From contig NZ_DASRXZ010000124.1 of NCBI RefSeq assembly GCF_035687345.1, positions 110-64,109 on the forward strand: 64,000 bases of DNA, in the 5' to 3' direction. The position numbers were made by a program, and so were the translations under genes. Under the pieces are notes generated by a model. That model saw only the letters and a list, made by a program, of their open reading frames with translations. It searched no databases and was not told where the DNA came from. How positions within the stretch are numbered: the stretch's first letter is position 1; each line of letters opens with the position of its first letter. Below, piece after piece: positions 49,055 through 59,720 of this stretch. Origin of the DNA: Microbacterium sp. (GTDB lineage: Bacteria; Actinomycetota; Actinomycetes; Actinomycetales; Microbacteriaceae).

Positions 49055-50787
49055 CCCGAATCTTCGCCGACCCGGATGCCTTCGTCGCCGACGCCCTCCG
49101 CGGGTTCGCGCGCGCACACCGTGACGAGGTCGCCCTCGTCGACGGGGGAGTCGTGCGGGCGGATCCGCTCGATCGGGGCAAGGTCGCCGTGCTCATCGGC
49201 GGCGGCTCCGGGCACTATCCCGCATTCGCCGGATACGTCGGACCGGGGCTCGCGGCAGGCGCGATCTGCGGGAACATCTTCACCTCCCCGTCGACGGCCC
49301 AGGCGATGCGCGTCGCCCACGCGGCCGACGCGGGCGGAGGCATCCTCTTCACGTACGGGCGCTACGCCGGCGACATCCTCCACCTCGGCGAGGCCGAGCG
49401 GCGACTGCGCGCCGAAGGCGTCGACGCACGGACCGTGCTCATCACCGACGACGTCGCCAGCGCTCCGCCCGAGGGGCTCGATGAACGTCGCGGCATCGCG
49501 GGCATCGTATGCGTGTTCCACGTGGCCGGTGCCGCGGCCGAGCGGGGCGACTCGATCGAGGAGGTCGAACGGCTCGCAACGCTGGCGAACAGCCGCACGC
49601 GCAGCCACGGCGTGGCGTTCGCGGGCTGCACGCTTCCCGGTGCCGACCACCCGCTGTTCGAGGTGCCCGAGGGGCAGATGTCGATCGGCCTCGGCATCCA
49701 CGGCGAGCCCGGCGTGCGCGATGTGCCCCTCCAGTCGGCACCCGAGCTCGCGGTGACCCTCGCCGCCCCGCTCCTGGCCGAACGCCCGGCCGAAGCGCGA
49801 CGCGCAGCCGTGATCCTCAACGGTCTGGGCTCAGTCAAGTACGAGGAGCTGTACGTGCTCTTCGGCTACGTGGTCGACCATCTCGAGGCTCAGGGCATCG
49901 AGGTCGTCGATCCCGAGTGCGGCGAGTTCGTCACGAGCCTCGACATGGCCGGAGTCTCGCTCACGATCATGTGGCTCGACGACGAGCTCGAGGAGCTGTG
50001 GAAGGCGCCGGCGTCATCACCGGCGTTCCGCAAGGGTCATGTCGCGACCCGATCCGGCGCGCAGCGGACGATCGAGCAGGTGGCAGCAGCAGACGCGGCC
50101 CGGGCCGCCGCGGTCGAGGCGACTCCCGCGTCGCGCGCGGCCGCGCAGGTCGCCCGCCGACTGCTCCGCGCGGCCCGCGACACGGTCGCCGCCCACGTCG
50201 ACCAGCTCGGCGAGCTCGACGCGGTCGCCGGTGACGGCGACCACGGCATCGGGATGCTGCGCGGCCTCACGGCGGCGGTGGAGGCATCCGCCGGAGCCGA
50301 CGACGCGACAGGCGTGCGTGAGCTGCTCCAAGCCGCCGGCGACGCGTGGTCGGAGGTCGCCGGAGGTACGTCCGGCGCGCTGTGGGGCGCCGCGCTCGCG
50401 CAGCTCGGCTCGTCGCTCGGCTCTCCCGACGCGTTCACGGCGAGCGATGTCGCGGATGCCGTCACCGCCGCCCGCGCGCGGATCGCCGAGCTCGGCGGCG
50501 CGGACCTCGGCGACAAGACCATGCTCGACGCGGTCGCGCCGTACGCCGACACCCTGACCGAGCGCGTGCGAGCGGGTGCGGACCTGCGGTCGGCGCTGAC
50601 GGATGCCGCCGCCGCCTCCCGCACCGCCGCGGAGGCGACCGCGCCGATGACGCCCCGCCGCGGGCGCGCGAGACCGCTCGCCGAGCGGAGCATCGGACAC
50701 CCCGATCCCGGAGCGACGTCGTTCGCGCTCATCGCCGAGGCGCTGGCCGCGGCGGCGGCATCCGAGGATCCCGAAGAAGCGGAGTGA
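49051..50787 (+). CDS. Fused DhaK-DhaL family kinase (candidate erythrulose kinase)
   Basis: GGGSGHYPAF, GNIFTSP, YAGD, GLGIHGEPG, GDGDHG, GDKTMLD, GHPDPGA. Confidence 0.88.
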   Translation: MTRIFADPDAFVADALRGFARAHRDEVALVDGGVVRADPLDRGKVAVLIGGGSGHYPAFAGYVGPGLAAGAICGNIFTSPSTAQAMRVAHAADAGGGILFTYGRYAGDILHLGEAERRLRAEGVDARTVLITDDVASAPPEGLDERRGIAGIVCVFHVAGAAAERGDSIEEVERLATLANSRTRSHGVAFAGCTLPGADHPLFEVPEGQMSIGLGIHGEPGVRDVPLQSAPELAVTLAAPLLAERPAEARRAAVILNGLGSVKYEELYVLFGYVVDHLEAQGIEVVDPECGEFVTSLDMAGVSLTIMWLDDELEELWKAPASSPAFRKGHVATRSGAQRTIEQVAAADAARAAAVEATPASRAAAQVARRLLRAARDTVAAHVDQLGELDAVAGDGDHGIGMLRGLTAAVEASAGADDATGVRELLQAAGDAWSEVAGGTSGALWGAALAQLGSSLGSPDAFTASDVADAVTAARARIAELGGADLGDKTMLDAVAPYADTLTERVRAGADLRSALTDAAAASRTAAEATAPMTPRRGRARPLAERSIGHPDPGATSFALIAEALAAAAASEDPEEAE

Positions 50788-50790
50788 CCC

Positions 50791-51252
50791 ATGGGATGGA
50801 AGATCGTCGTCGGCGCGGATGACGCCGGCTTCGCGTACAAGGAGGCCCTCCGCGAGCTGCTCGAGGCGGACCCGCGCGTGGACGACGTCGTGGACGTCGG
50901 CGTCTCGAGCACCGAGACCACGCCCTATCCGAACGTCGCCGTGAGCGCGGCGACCATCGTCGCGCGGGGTGAGGCCGACCGCGCGCTGCTCGTGTGCGGC
51001 ACGGGGCTGGGCGTCGCCATCGCGGCGAACAAGGTGCGCGGCATCCGTGCCGTCACGGCCCACGACAGCTACTCGGTCGAGCGCTCGGTCAAGAGCAACA
51101 ACGCTCAGGTCCTCACGCTCGGCGCACGCGTGATCGGGCTCGAGCTCGCGAAGAAGCTCGTGGGCGAGTGGCTCGAGCACCGATTCGACCCCGCTTCCGC
51201 GTCGGCCGCCAAGGTCAGTCTCATCGAGCGCTACGAAGGAGAAGCACAGTGA
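50791..51252 (+). CDS. rpiB: RpiB/LacA/LacB isomerase (candidate D-erythrulose-4-P isomerase)
   Basis: GADDAG (Asp where canonical RpiB has His), [32 protein letters not shown]. Confidence 0.82.
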   Translation: MGWKIVVGADDAGFAYKEALRELLEADPRVDDVVDVGVSSTETTPYPNVAVSAATIVARGEADRALLVCGTGLGVAIAANKVRGIRAVTAHDSYSVERSVKSNNAQVLTLGARVIGLELAKKLVGEWLEHRFDPASASAAKVSLIERYEGEAQ

Positions 51253-52202
51253 TCCGCAGGGCGGCGGTCGTGGGCTCGGGATACATGGGCGGCGGGATCG
51301 CGCAGGTCCTCGCGCTCGCCGGTCGGGACGTCGTCCTCGCCGACGCGAGCGCAGAGCTCGCGGCGACCAATCGCGAGCGCCTCATCCGTGAGGCGGGTGA
51401 GTACGCCGAGCGCGGGATCTTCCCCGCCGACGCCGAGGAGCGCATCGCCACGCGACTGACGGCCGCCGCCTCGCTCGAGGAAGCCGTGGCCGACGTCGAC
51501 TTCGTCGAGGAGGCGGTCCCGGAGATCCTCGAGCTCAAGCACGAGACGCTGCGACGCATCAGCGCCGGATGCCGCCCCGACACACTCATCGGCAGCAACA
51601 CGTCGACCATCTCGATATCCGCCCTCGCCGAGGCGGTCGAGCGTCCCGAGCGGTTCCTCGGCGTCCACTTCAGCAACCCGGCGACGTTCGTGCCCGGCGT
51701 CGAGGTGATACCGCACGCCGGCACCGATCCCGATGCGGTCACCCGCGTCGTCGACCTCCTCGCCGAGTGCGGCAAGGTCGGGGTGCCCATCAAGGACGTG
51801 ACCGGGTTCGTCCTCAACCGGCTGCAGTACGCGCTGTTCGGCGAGGCAGCCCGCCTGGTGGAGGAGGGCGTCGCGACGCCCGAGGCGATCGACCTCATCG
51901 TGCGCACGACGTTCGGGTTCCGGCTGCCGTTCTTCGGCCCGTTCGCGATCGCCGACATCGCGGGTCTCGACGTGTACGAGTTCTGCTATCGCTCGCTGAG
52001 CGCCGCGTACCCGGATCGCTTCGCCGAGCCCGAGGTCCTCCGCGAGAAGGTGGAGCGCGGCGACAAGGGAGTCAAGTCCGGTCGCGGGTTCCTCGCGACC
52101 TCCGCCGAGAAGGCTCCGGAGCTCGCGGCGTACCGCGACGACGCCTATGCGGCGCTGTCCGCGCTTCTGCGTCGACTCGGGCCGGCCCCCGTCGACTACT
52201 GA
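51249..52202 (+). CDS. 3-hydroxyacyl-CoA dehydrogenase family protein (candidate aldonate 3-dehydrogenase)
   Basis: [38 protein letters not shown]. Confidence 0.85.
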   Translation: MIRRAAVVGSGYMGGGIAQVLALAGRDVVLADASAELAATNRERLIREAGEYAERGIFPADAEERIATRLTAAASLEEAVADVDFVEEAVPEILELKHETLRRISAGCRPDTLIGSNTSTISISALAEAVERPERFLGVHFSNPATFVPGVEVIPHAGTDPDAVTRVVDLLAECGKVGVPIKDVTGFVLNRLQYALFGEAARLVEEGVATPEAIDLIVRTTFGFRLPFFGPFAIADIAGLDVYEFCYRSLSAAYPDRFAEPEVLREKVERGDKGVKSGRGFLATSAEKAPELAAYRDDAYAALSALLRRLGPAPVDY

Positions 52203-52239
52203 GAGTTTCGGGCCGCAGCGGGAAATTTGCGACGGCCTC

Positions 52240-52298
52240 TTGACAGCGTGGAGCGCCGGTGCCATGGTATCTACAACGTTGCTCTACAACGTTGTAGA
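52240..52298 (+). promoter_or_regulatory. Sigma-A-like promoter with tandem LacI operators
   Basis: TTGACA at 52240, CATGGT 17 nt later; CTACAACGTTGC and perfect TCTACAACGTTGTAGA. Confidence 0.75.
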
Positions 52299-52392
52299 CC
52301 AGTCGGAAATCGAGACGTCCACCCGGCGGCTCGGAGTACTCCTCCCACGGTCACGCACCGACGAAGAAGTCCAGCAACCGAAAGGAACTCCA

Positions 52393-53760
52393 GTGAAGAC
52401 AAGGCGTGTTTTTGCTGTGGTCACGGCGCTCGCTTTCGCGGGCGCGCTCGTCGCCTGCTCCGGCGGTGGCGGCGGCGGTGACAACAACGGCGGAGGCGGA
52501 GGCGACTCCGCATCGAACTGCGAGAACGAGATCAAGAACCCGGATGCCCCGGTGGTCACGCTCTGGGCGTGGTACCCGAACTCCGAGCTCGTGGTCGACA
52601 ACTTCAACGAGGCGAACGACGACGTCCAGGTCTGCTGGACCAACGTCGGCGCCGGCGGTGAGGCATACGACAAGTTCCAGACGGCGATCTCGGCCGGCAG
52701 CGGCGCACCCGACGTCATGATGGTCGAGGCCGACCGCATCGCGACCTTCCAGGCTCAGGGCGCCCTGGTCGACCTGAAGGACCTCGGCTACGAGGACGTG
52801 AAGGACAACTTCAGCGAAGGCGCCTGGAAGGACGTGTCGGTCGGCGACGGCATCTACGGCGCTCCGATCGACGGTGGCCCGATGGGCATGATCTACCGCA
52901 CCGACATCTTCGAGGAGTACGGCATCACGCCGCCCACCACGTGGGAGGAGTTCGAGGCCACGGCGCAGAAGGTGAAGGACGCGGGCGGTCCGTGGTTCGC
53001 GAGCTTCGCCGCGAACCAGCCGGCGTACGTGACGGCGCTCTTCTACGGGAACGGCGCGGAGCCGTTCGAGTACGACCCCGCGAACGAGGGCGAGATCGGG
53101 ATCAACCTGAACAGCCCCGAGATCAAGGAGGTGCTCGAGTACTGGAGCGGCCTCGTCGAGAAGGACCTCGTCGGCACGGAGGACCAGTTCACCCCCGAGT
53201 ACATCGCGGGTGTGATCAACGGGAACTACGCGACGTACCTGTCCGCCGCATGGGCGCCCGGCTACCTCCAGGGTGCCGGCGTCGGTGAAGGCGCGGATGC
53301 GGGCGTCTGGGCGACCGCGCCGATGCCGCAGTGGGATCCGAACAACCCCATCGCGATCAACTGGGGCGGCTCGGCCTTCTCGGTCTCGAGCCAGGCGAGC
53401 AACCCTGAGCTCGCAGCCAAGGTCGCGTTCGGCGTGTACGCCGACCAGGCGTCGCTCGATGACGGGTGGCAGAACCAGATCATCTTCCCGCTCAACGTGA
53501 ACGTGCTGGACTCCGATGAGTTCCTCAACTACGAGGTGCCCTTCTTCAGCGGCCAGCAGGCGAACAAGGAGGTGTACGTGCCCGCGGCCAACGCGTACAA
53601 GGGCATGACGTACACGCCGCTCGGGCAGTACTACTACTCCGCGTTGACGAAGCAGATCGCCGCGATCAACGACGGACAGATCACCGGTTCCGAAGCAGCC
53701 GACGCACTCCAGGAGGACGTGGTGTCGTACGCGGAGGAGCAAGGGTTCACCGTCAACTGA
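52393..53760 (+). CDS. Sugar ABC transporter substrate-binding lipoprotein
   Basis: Lipobox LVAC, APDVMMVE, NWGGSAF; AAAGGA RBS. Confidence 0.92.
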   Translation: MKTRRVFAVVTALAFAGALVACSGGGGGGDNNGGGGGDSASNCENEIKNPDAPVVTLWAWYPNSELVVDNFNEANDDVQVCWTNVGAGGEAYDKFQTAISAGSGAPDVMMVEADRIATFQAQGALVDLKDLGYEDVKDNFSEGAWKDVSVGDGIYGAPIDGGPMGMIYRTDIFEEYGITPPTTWEEFEATAQKVKDAGGPWFASFAANQPAYVTALFYGNGAEPFEYDPANEGEIGINLNSPEIKEVLEYWSGLVEKDLVGTEDQFTPEYIAGVINGNYATYLSAAWAPGYLQGAGVGEGADAGVWATAPMPQWDPNNPIAINWGGSAFSVSSQASNPELAAKVAFGVYADQASLDDGWQNQIIFPLNVNVLDSDEFLNYEVPFFSGQQANKEVYVPAANAYKGMTYTPLGQYYYSALTKQIAAINDGQITGSEAADALQEDVVSYAEEQGFTVN

Positions 53761-53774
53761 CGCGTCACGTCACG

Positions 53775-53806
53775 GAGGGCCGGTCCGTGCACGCGGACCG
53801 GCCCTC
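53775..53806 (+). terminator. Intercistronic hairpin after SBP gene
   Basis: GAGGGCCGGTCCG-N6-CGGACCGGCCCTC. Confidence 0.6.
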
Positions 53807-53832
53807 GGTCATCCCTCATACCCGGAGAAATC

Positions 53833-54762
53833 ATGACCGCCTCAACAGCAAGCCCGATGACGAAGAAGGGGCATCGCCGCTCCACCACCGCCAGACAGAA
53901 CCTGTTCGGGTGGCTCTTCGTCGGACCGTTCGGGATCATCTTCCTCGCCCTGCTCGTGCTGCCGATCGGCTTCGCGCTCTACTTGAGCCTCTTCCAGAAG
54001 TCGCTCATCGGCGGCACGCGATTCGTCCTCTTCGGCAACTATGCGAAGGCCTTCACCGACCCGTCGTTCCTCGACGGCGTGTGGTTCGTCATCAGCTTCT
54101 CGCTCGTCCTCATCCCGCTCCAGATGGCGGTCTCGCTCGCGATCGCGCTGATCCTCGACATCCTGATCACGCGGTTCGCGCGGTTCTCGCGGCTCATGAT
54201 CTTCATGCCGTACGCGATCCCGACTGTCATCGGCGCCCTCATGTGGGGGTTCCTGTACAGCGACAACTTCGGTCCGCTCGCGGAGCTCTTCGGAATTTTC
54301 GGAGCTCAAGCCCCTGATTTCCTGAGTCGCAGCCTGATCTTCTGGGGTCTGCTCAACATCGTGACCTGGCAGTGGGCCGGCTACTACATGATCATCCTGT
54401 ACGCCGCTCTGCAGGGCATCGACCCGACGCTGTACGAGGCGGCTCGCATCGACGGTGCGTCGCAGTGGCAGATCGTTCTGCGCATCAAGATCCCGCTCCT
54501 CACGCCGGCGCTGCTCCTCATCCTCGTGTTCGCGCTCATCGGGACCCTGCAGTTCTTCAATGAGCCGAAGATCCTGCAGCAACTCGCCGCGGGCGCGATC
54601 CCCGACGACTTCACGCCGAACATGTACGCGTACCAGCAGGCCTTCTCCCTGGCGAACCAGAACTACGGCGCGGCGATCTCGTTCGCACTCGGTGCCGTCG
54701 TGTTCGTGTGCGTCTACATCTTCCTGTTCGCCACTCGCAAGCGAGGGAGCTTCCTGTCATGA
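53833..54762 (+). CDS. Carbohydrate ABC permease
   Basis: EAA motif LYEAARIDGAS. Confidence 0.93.
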   Translation: MTASTASPMTKKGHRRSTTARQNLFGWLFVGPFGIIFLALLVLPIGFALYLSLFQKSLIGGTRFVLFGNYAKAFTDPSFLDGVWFVISFSLVLIPLQMAVSLAIALILDILITRFARFSRLMIFMPYAIPTVIGALMWGFLYSDNFGPLAELFGIFGAQAPDFLSRSLIFWGLLNIVTWQWAGYYMIILYAALQGIDPTLYEAARIDGASQWQIVLRIKIPLLTPALLLILVFALIGTLQFFNEPKILQQLAAGAIPDDFTPNMYAYQQAFSLANQNYGAAISFALGAVVFVCVYIFLFATRKRGSFLS

Positions 54763-55685
54763 CCATCACTCCCACGGAGCTCACCGGCGCACCCGCCGCC
54801 GAACCAGGCGCCGTCGAGCGGCGAAAGACTCCTCGAACCCCCGGACGCATCCCGCTGAGCATCGTGCTCGGCGTGCTGATGGTGTACTTCCTCGTTCCGT
54901 TCTGGTGGCTGATCGTCAACAGCTCGAAGACCGCGTCGGGCCTGTTCGGCGGTGACAGCGCACTGTGGTTCAGCGACGACATCAACTACATCGGCAACAT
55001 CGTCGACCTCTTCACCTACAGCGGCGGCATCTACGCGCGCTGGCTCGGGAACTCCGCGCTGTACGCGATCGTCGGCGGAGTCGGCGCGACGGCCCTCGCG
55101 GTCCTCGCGGGGTACGGCTTCGCGAAGTACCGGTTCTTCGGCCGGCGCGCCTCGTTCGCGATCCTGCTCGGCGCGGTCATGGTGCCGACCACCGCCCTCG
55201 TGATCCCGACGTTCGTGCTCTTCGCGCAGATGGGGTGGACGAACACGATCTGGGCGGTCATCTTCCCGACGCTGCTCAACCCGTTCGGCGTGTACCTCAT
55301 GCACGTGTACGCCCGTGACGCGGTGCCGGACGAGCTGCTGGATGCGGCGCGCGTCGACGGCGCGGGCGAGTTCCGCACCTTCTTCCAGGTCGCGCTGCCG
55401 ATGCTGCGCCCTGCGATCGTGACGGTGCTCCTGCTGTCGGTCGTCGCGTCGTGGAACAACTACTTCCTGCCGCTCGTGATGCTCTCCGACAACCGTCTGT
55501 TCCCCGTGACCGTCGGCATCGGCCTGTGGCAGTCGACCGCGTCGACGTACGGTGCCGCAGGCGGGCAGACGCTGTGGAGCATCATCATCCTCGGTTCGCT
55601 CGTCTCGGTGATCCCGCTGATCATCGCGTTCCTGACGCTCCAGAAGTACTGGCGCGGCGGCCTGTCGATCGGGAGCCTCAAGTGA
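54759..55685 (+). CDS. Carbohydrate ABC permease
   Basis: ELLDAARVDGAG; ATGA overlap. Confidence 0.93.
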   Translation: MTITPTELTGAPAAEPGAVERRKTPRTPGRIPLSIVLGVLMVYFLVPFWWLIVNSSKTASGLFGGDSALWFSDDINYIGNIVDLFTYSGGIYARWLGNSALYAIVGGVGATALAVLAGYGFAKYRFFGRRASFAILLGAVMVPTTALVIPTFVLFAQMGWTNTIWAVIFPTLLNPFGVYLMHVYARDAVPDELLDAARVDGAGEFRTFFQVALPMLRPAIVTVLLLSVVASWNNYFLPLVMLSDNRLFPVTVGIGLWQSTASTYGAAGGQTLWSIIILGSLVSVIPLIIAFLTLQKYWRGGLSIGSLK

Positions 55686-55734
55686 CCCGCCGCCGGGAAG
55701 ATCGCCGCCACCGCTCCTGCTCGGGAAGAGAAGA

Positions 55735-57240
55735 ATGATCCGCGCACACCTCACCATCGATCCGCACTTCACGGTCGGTCGCATCAATCGCAGGCTCTTC
55801 GGATCCTTCGTCGAGCACCTGGGCCGGTGCGTGTACGACGGCATCTACGAGCCGGGGCATCCGTCGGCCGATGAGAACGGCTTCCGCCGTGACGTCATCG
55901 ACCTCGTCAAGGAGCTCGGCGTCTCGACGATCCGCTACCCGGGCGGCAACTTCGTCTCGGGCTACCGCTGGGAGGACGGCATCGGACCGCGCGATCAGCG
56001 TCCGCGCCGCCTCGACCTCGCGTGGCACTCGACCGAGACGAACCAGATCGGGCTCGACGAGTTCGCGACGTGGCTCGAGAGCGTCGGAAGCGAGCTCATG
56101 TACGCGGTGAACCTCGGCACGCGCGGCGTGCTCGAGGCGCTCGACGTGCTCGAGTACGCGAACCTCAAGCCGGGCACGTACTGGGCCGACCAGCGCGTCG
56201 CCAACGGGCGACCCGAGCCCCACAACATCCGCATGTGGTGCCTGGGCAACGAGATGGACGGCCCCTGGCAGCTCGGCCACAGCACCCCGGAGGCGTACGC
56301 GCAGCTCGCGGCGACCACGGCTGCGGCGATGCGCCAGATCGATCCCGACCTCGAGCTCGTCGTGTGCGGCAGCTCGAGCGCCCACATGGAGACCTTCGGC
56401 GAGTGGGAGCGCATCGTCCTCGAGAAGACCTACGACTGCGTCGACTACATCTCGTGCCACGCGTACTACGAGCCGGAAGGCGACGACTACGGGAGCTTCC
56501 TCGCCTCGGGTGTCAACATGGACCGCTTCATCGATGCCGTCATCGCGACGGCGGACTCGGTCAAGGCGGTGCTGCGCAGCGACAAGACGATGAACATCTC
56601 GTTCGACGAGTGGAACGTCTGGTACCAGTCGCGGTACCAGGAGGTCGAGCGGATCACGGATGTGCAGACGTGGCCCGTCGCGCCGCGCCTGCTCGAGGAC
56701 TCCTACTCCGTGCTCGACGCGGTCGTCTTCGGAAGCCTGCTGATCTCGCTCATCCGCCACGCCGACCGCGTCACGGCCGCGAGCCTCGCGCAGCTCGTCA
56801 ACGTGATCGCTCCGATCATGACCGAGCCGGGCGGGCCGGCGTGGCGGCAGACCACGTTCTACCCGTTCTCGCTCACGTCGAAGCTCGCGCGCGCGACCGC
56901 GCTCGAGCTCAAGCTCGACAGTCCGACGTACGACACCGCCCTCCACGGTGAGGTGCCCCTCGTCGACGCGGTCGCGACGCACGACGACGGCGGCACGACG
57001 ATCTTCGCCGTGAACCGCAGCCTCACTGACGAGGTGACCCTCGAGATCGACACGCGCGCGCTCGGCGCGGTCGGGAGCGCCGAGGCGACGTCGCTGTTCG
57101 ACGACGACATCCACGCCGCGAACACGCTCGACCAGCAGGACCGCGTCGTGCCGAAGCCGAACGCGTCCGCGCAGGTGGGAGACGGGCTCGTGACCGTCAC
57201 GCTCCCTCCCGTGTCGTGGACGGTGCTGACCCTGGGCTGA
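55735..57240 (+). CDS. abfA: Alpha-L-arabinofuranosidase (GH51)
   Basis: FGSFVEHLGRCVYDGIY, RYPGGNF, WCLGNEMDG, ISFDEWNVW. Confidence 0.93.
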   Translation: MIRAHLTIDPHFTVGRINRRLFGSFVEHLGRCVYDGIYEPGHPSADENGFRRDVIDLVKELGVSTIRYPGGNFVSGYRWEDGIGPRDQRPRRLDLAWHSTETNQIGLDEFATWLESVGSELMYAVNLGTRGVLEALDVLEYANLKPGTYWADQRVANGRPEPHNIRMWCLGNEMDGPWQLGHSTPEAYAQLAATTAAAMRQIDPDLELVVCGSSSAHMETFGEWERIVLEKTYDCVDYISCHAYYEPEGDDYGSFLASGVNMDRFIDAVIATADSVKAVLRSDKTMNISFDEWNVWYQSRYQEVERITDVQTWPVAPRLLEDSYSVLDAVVFGSLLISLIRHADRVTAASLAQLVNVIAPIMTEPGGPAWRQTTFYPFSLTSKLARATALELKLDSPTYDTALHGEVPLVDAVATHDDGGTTIFAVNRSLTDEVTLEIDTRALGAVGSAEATSLFDDDIHAANTLDQQDRVVPKPNASAQVGDGLVTVTLPPVSWTVLTLG

Positions 57241-57259
57241 TGACGGAGAGGAGGAGCGG

Positions 57260-58642
57260 ATGACGCAGCCGAGCGTGCTCCGCGTCGACGGCACCCGCAT
57301 CGCGGCGGGCGACACACCGGTGATCCTCCGGGGCTTCGGCCTCGGCGGGTGGATGAACATGGAGAACTTCATCACGGGATACGCCGGATCGGAGTCCCAG
57401 CAGCGCCGCGCGCTGCGGCGCGTGCTCGGTGACGAGGCATACGAGCGCTTCTTCGACCGCTTCCTGCGCGAGTTCTTCACCGAGGCGGATGCCGCGTACC
57501 TCGCCTCGCTGGGCCTGAACTCGCTGCGCATCCCGTTCAACTACCGTCACTTCGAGTCCGACGCCGAGCCGCTCGCCATCAAGGCGGAAGGCTTCGCGCT
57601 CCTGGATCGGGTCGTCGACGCGTGTGCGGCGCACGGCATCTACACGATCCTCGACCTGCACGCGGTGCCGGGGGCCCAGAACCAGCACTGGCACAGCGAC
57701 AACCCGACGCAGTGGGCGTACTTCTGGGAGCAGCGCCAATTCCAGGACCGCGTCGTCAACCTGTGGGAGCACATCGCCGAGCACTATCGTGACAATCCGT
57801 GGGTGGCCGGCTACAACCCCGTGAACGAGCCTGCAGATGCGCACGGCGACGCGATCGGGCCGTTCTACCGCCGGCTCGAGTCGGCGATCCGGGCGGTCGA
57901 CCCCGACCACATCCTCTTCCTCGACGGCAACCGGTACTCGACGCAGTTCGACCAGCTCGGCGACCCGCTGCCCAACACGGTCTACACCGCGCACGACTAC
58001 GCCCTCCCCGGATTCGTGGACGGCGGCCCGTACCCCGGCGTCTCGCGCGGCGAGTACGTCGATCGCGACCGCGTCGAGGAGACCTTCCTGCAGCGCACCG
58101 CGTACATGCGCGAGACGGGCACGCCCATCTGGGTCGGCGAGTTCGGGCCCGTCTACACGGGTGACCCGGTGCGCGACGAGCAGCGGTACCGGCTGCTGCA
58201 GGACCAGCTCGAGATCTACGACAGGTACGACGCGAGCTGGGCGCTGTGGACGTACAAGGACATCGGGCTCCAGGGCGTGGTGACGGTCGATCCCGACTCG
58301 GACTACCTGCGCCGCATCGCGCCGGTGCTCGAGAAGAAGGCGCGACTGGGCGTCGACTCGTGGGGGTCGACGGATGCCGGCATCCGAGACATCCTCGAGC
58401 CGATCGAGCGTCTCTTCGAGAACGAGTTCCCCGATTTCCAGCCGTACCCGTGGGGTGCGCGCCGGTGGATCCACGGGCACGTCCGTCACGTCATGCTCGC
58501 CGAGGCCATGGTCGACGACTTCGCGCGCGCTTTCGAGGGGGTGGGGCCCGACGAAGCGGAGCTGCTCGCCGACGCCTTCGCGTTCCGCAACTGCCGCATC
58601 CGTGAGGGACTCGCCGCCATCCTCGAACGCGCCGCGCGCTGA
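57260..58642 (+). CDS. Glycoside hydrolase family 5 (cytoplasmic; beta-xylosidase-like by recall)
   Basis: LDLHAVPG.QN..WHSDN, acid/base YNPVNEP, nucleophile WVGEFG; no signal peptide. Confidence 0.85.
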   Translation: MTQPSVLRVDGTRIAAGDTPVILRGFGLGGWMNMENFITGYAGSESQQRRALRRVLGDEAYERFFDRFLREFFTEADAAYLASLGLNSLRIPFNYRHFESDAEPLAIKAEGFALLDRVVDACAAHGIYTILDLHAVPGAQNQHWHSDNPTQWAYFWEQRQFQDRVVNLWEHIAEHYRDNPWVAGYNPVNEPADAHGDAIGPFYRRLESAIRAVDPDHILFLDGNRYSTQFDQLGDPLPNTVYTAHDYALPGFVDGGPYPGVSRGEYVDRDRVEETFLQRTAYMRETGTPIWVGEFGPVYTGDPVRDEQRYRLLQDQLEIYDRYDASWALWTYKDIGLQGVVTVDPDSDYLRRIAPVLEKKARLGVDSWGSTDAGIRDILEPIERLFENEFPDFQPYPWGARRWIHGHVRHVMLAEAMVDDFARAFEGVGPDEAELLADAFAFRNCRIREGLAAILERAAR

Positions 58643-58654
58643 ACCGGTCGAGCG

Positions 58655-59668
58655 ATGCCGAGAACCCAGCGAGTGACCCTCAAGGAGATCGCCGCTCGGA
58701 CGGGGGTCTCCATGACGACCATCTCGAAGGTGCTCAACGGCGCCGCGGATGTGTCGTCGGCGACGCGTGCGCTCGTCGAGGAGCAGCTGCGCGAGAGCGG
58801 GTACCGGCGACGCAAGAGCAAGCAGCGGCGCGAGTACATCGAGGTCGTGCTCGACGAACTCGACGGCGAGTGGGCTCTCGCGATCATCGAGGGCGTCCGC
58901 GAGGCCGCGGCGGAGGTGGGTCTCGCCATCTCGCTCTCGGTCAGCGGTGACCGACAGGGCCCCGGCCCGGAGTGGTTCGAGTCGGTCGTGCGCCGTGCGC
59001 CTACGGGTGTCATCCTGCTCTTCGCGGGACTGCCGCGCGCCGGCCAGCAGAAGCTGAGCGCGCGGGGCATCCCGTTCGTCGTGATCGATCCGTCGGGCGA
59101 TCCCGACCCCGACATTCCCGCGATCGGGTCGGCGAACTGGTCGGGCGGGCTCGCGGCCACGCGCCATCTCATCGACCTCGGCCACCGGCGAATCGCGGCG
59201 ATCAGCGGTCCGCGCGACGTCATGTCGGCTGTCGCCCGGATCGACGGATTCCGCGCCGCGATGACCTCGGCACACCTGCCCGTGCGCCCCGAGTGGGTGC
59301 GATTCGGGGAGTTCCGCCTCGAGAGCGGCGAGCTGCACGCGACGGGGTTGCTGAGCGGGCGCGAGACTCCGACGGCGATCTTCGCCGGCAGCGACATCCA
59401 GGCGCTCGGCGTGCTGCACGCGGCGAACTCGCTGGGCATCGCGGTGCCGGAAGATCTGTCCGTCGTGGGGTTCGACGATCTGGCGATCGCCGAACTGGCG
59501 AGTCCTCGGCTCACGACGATCCACCAGCCCGTGCGCGAGATGGCGGAGCAGGCCACGCGACTTCTGCTCGAGCTCGCCGACGCGCCGACGGCGGAGGTCA
59601 CGCGGGTGGAGCTGGCGACATCGCTCGTCGTCCGCGAGTCGACGGCTCCGCCGCCCGCTCGCTCTTAG
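58655..59668 (+). CDS. LacI family regulator
   Basis: TLKEIAARTGVSMTTISKVLNG, VPEDLSVVGFDD. Confidence 0.92.
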   Translation: MPRTQRVTLKEIAARTGVSMTTISKVLNGAADVSSATRALVEEQLRESGYRRRKSKQRREYIEVVLDELDGEWALAIIEGVREAAAEVGLAISLSVSGDRQGPGPEWFESVVRRAPTGVILLFAGLPRAGQQKLSARGIPFVVIDPSGDPDPDIPAIGSANWSGGLAATRHLIDLGHRRIAAISGPRDVMSAVARIDGFRAAMTSAHLPVRPEWVRFGEFRLESGELHATGLLSGRETPTAIFAGSDIQALGVLHAANSLGIAVPEDLSVVGFDDLAIAELASPRLTTIHQPVREMAEQATRLLLELADAPTAEVTRVELATSLVVRESTAPPPARS

Positions 59669-59720
59669 ACGAGGAAACGGGCTGCCGACGACAGCGCCGG
59701 CAGCCCGCATCCGTGTCGGA

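Noticed and set aside
52393-55685. Sugar ABC transporter lacking an ATPase as a sign of decay
   Set aside because: Actinobacterial sugar ABC systems commonly share an MsiK-type ATPase encoded elsewhere.
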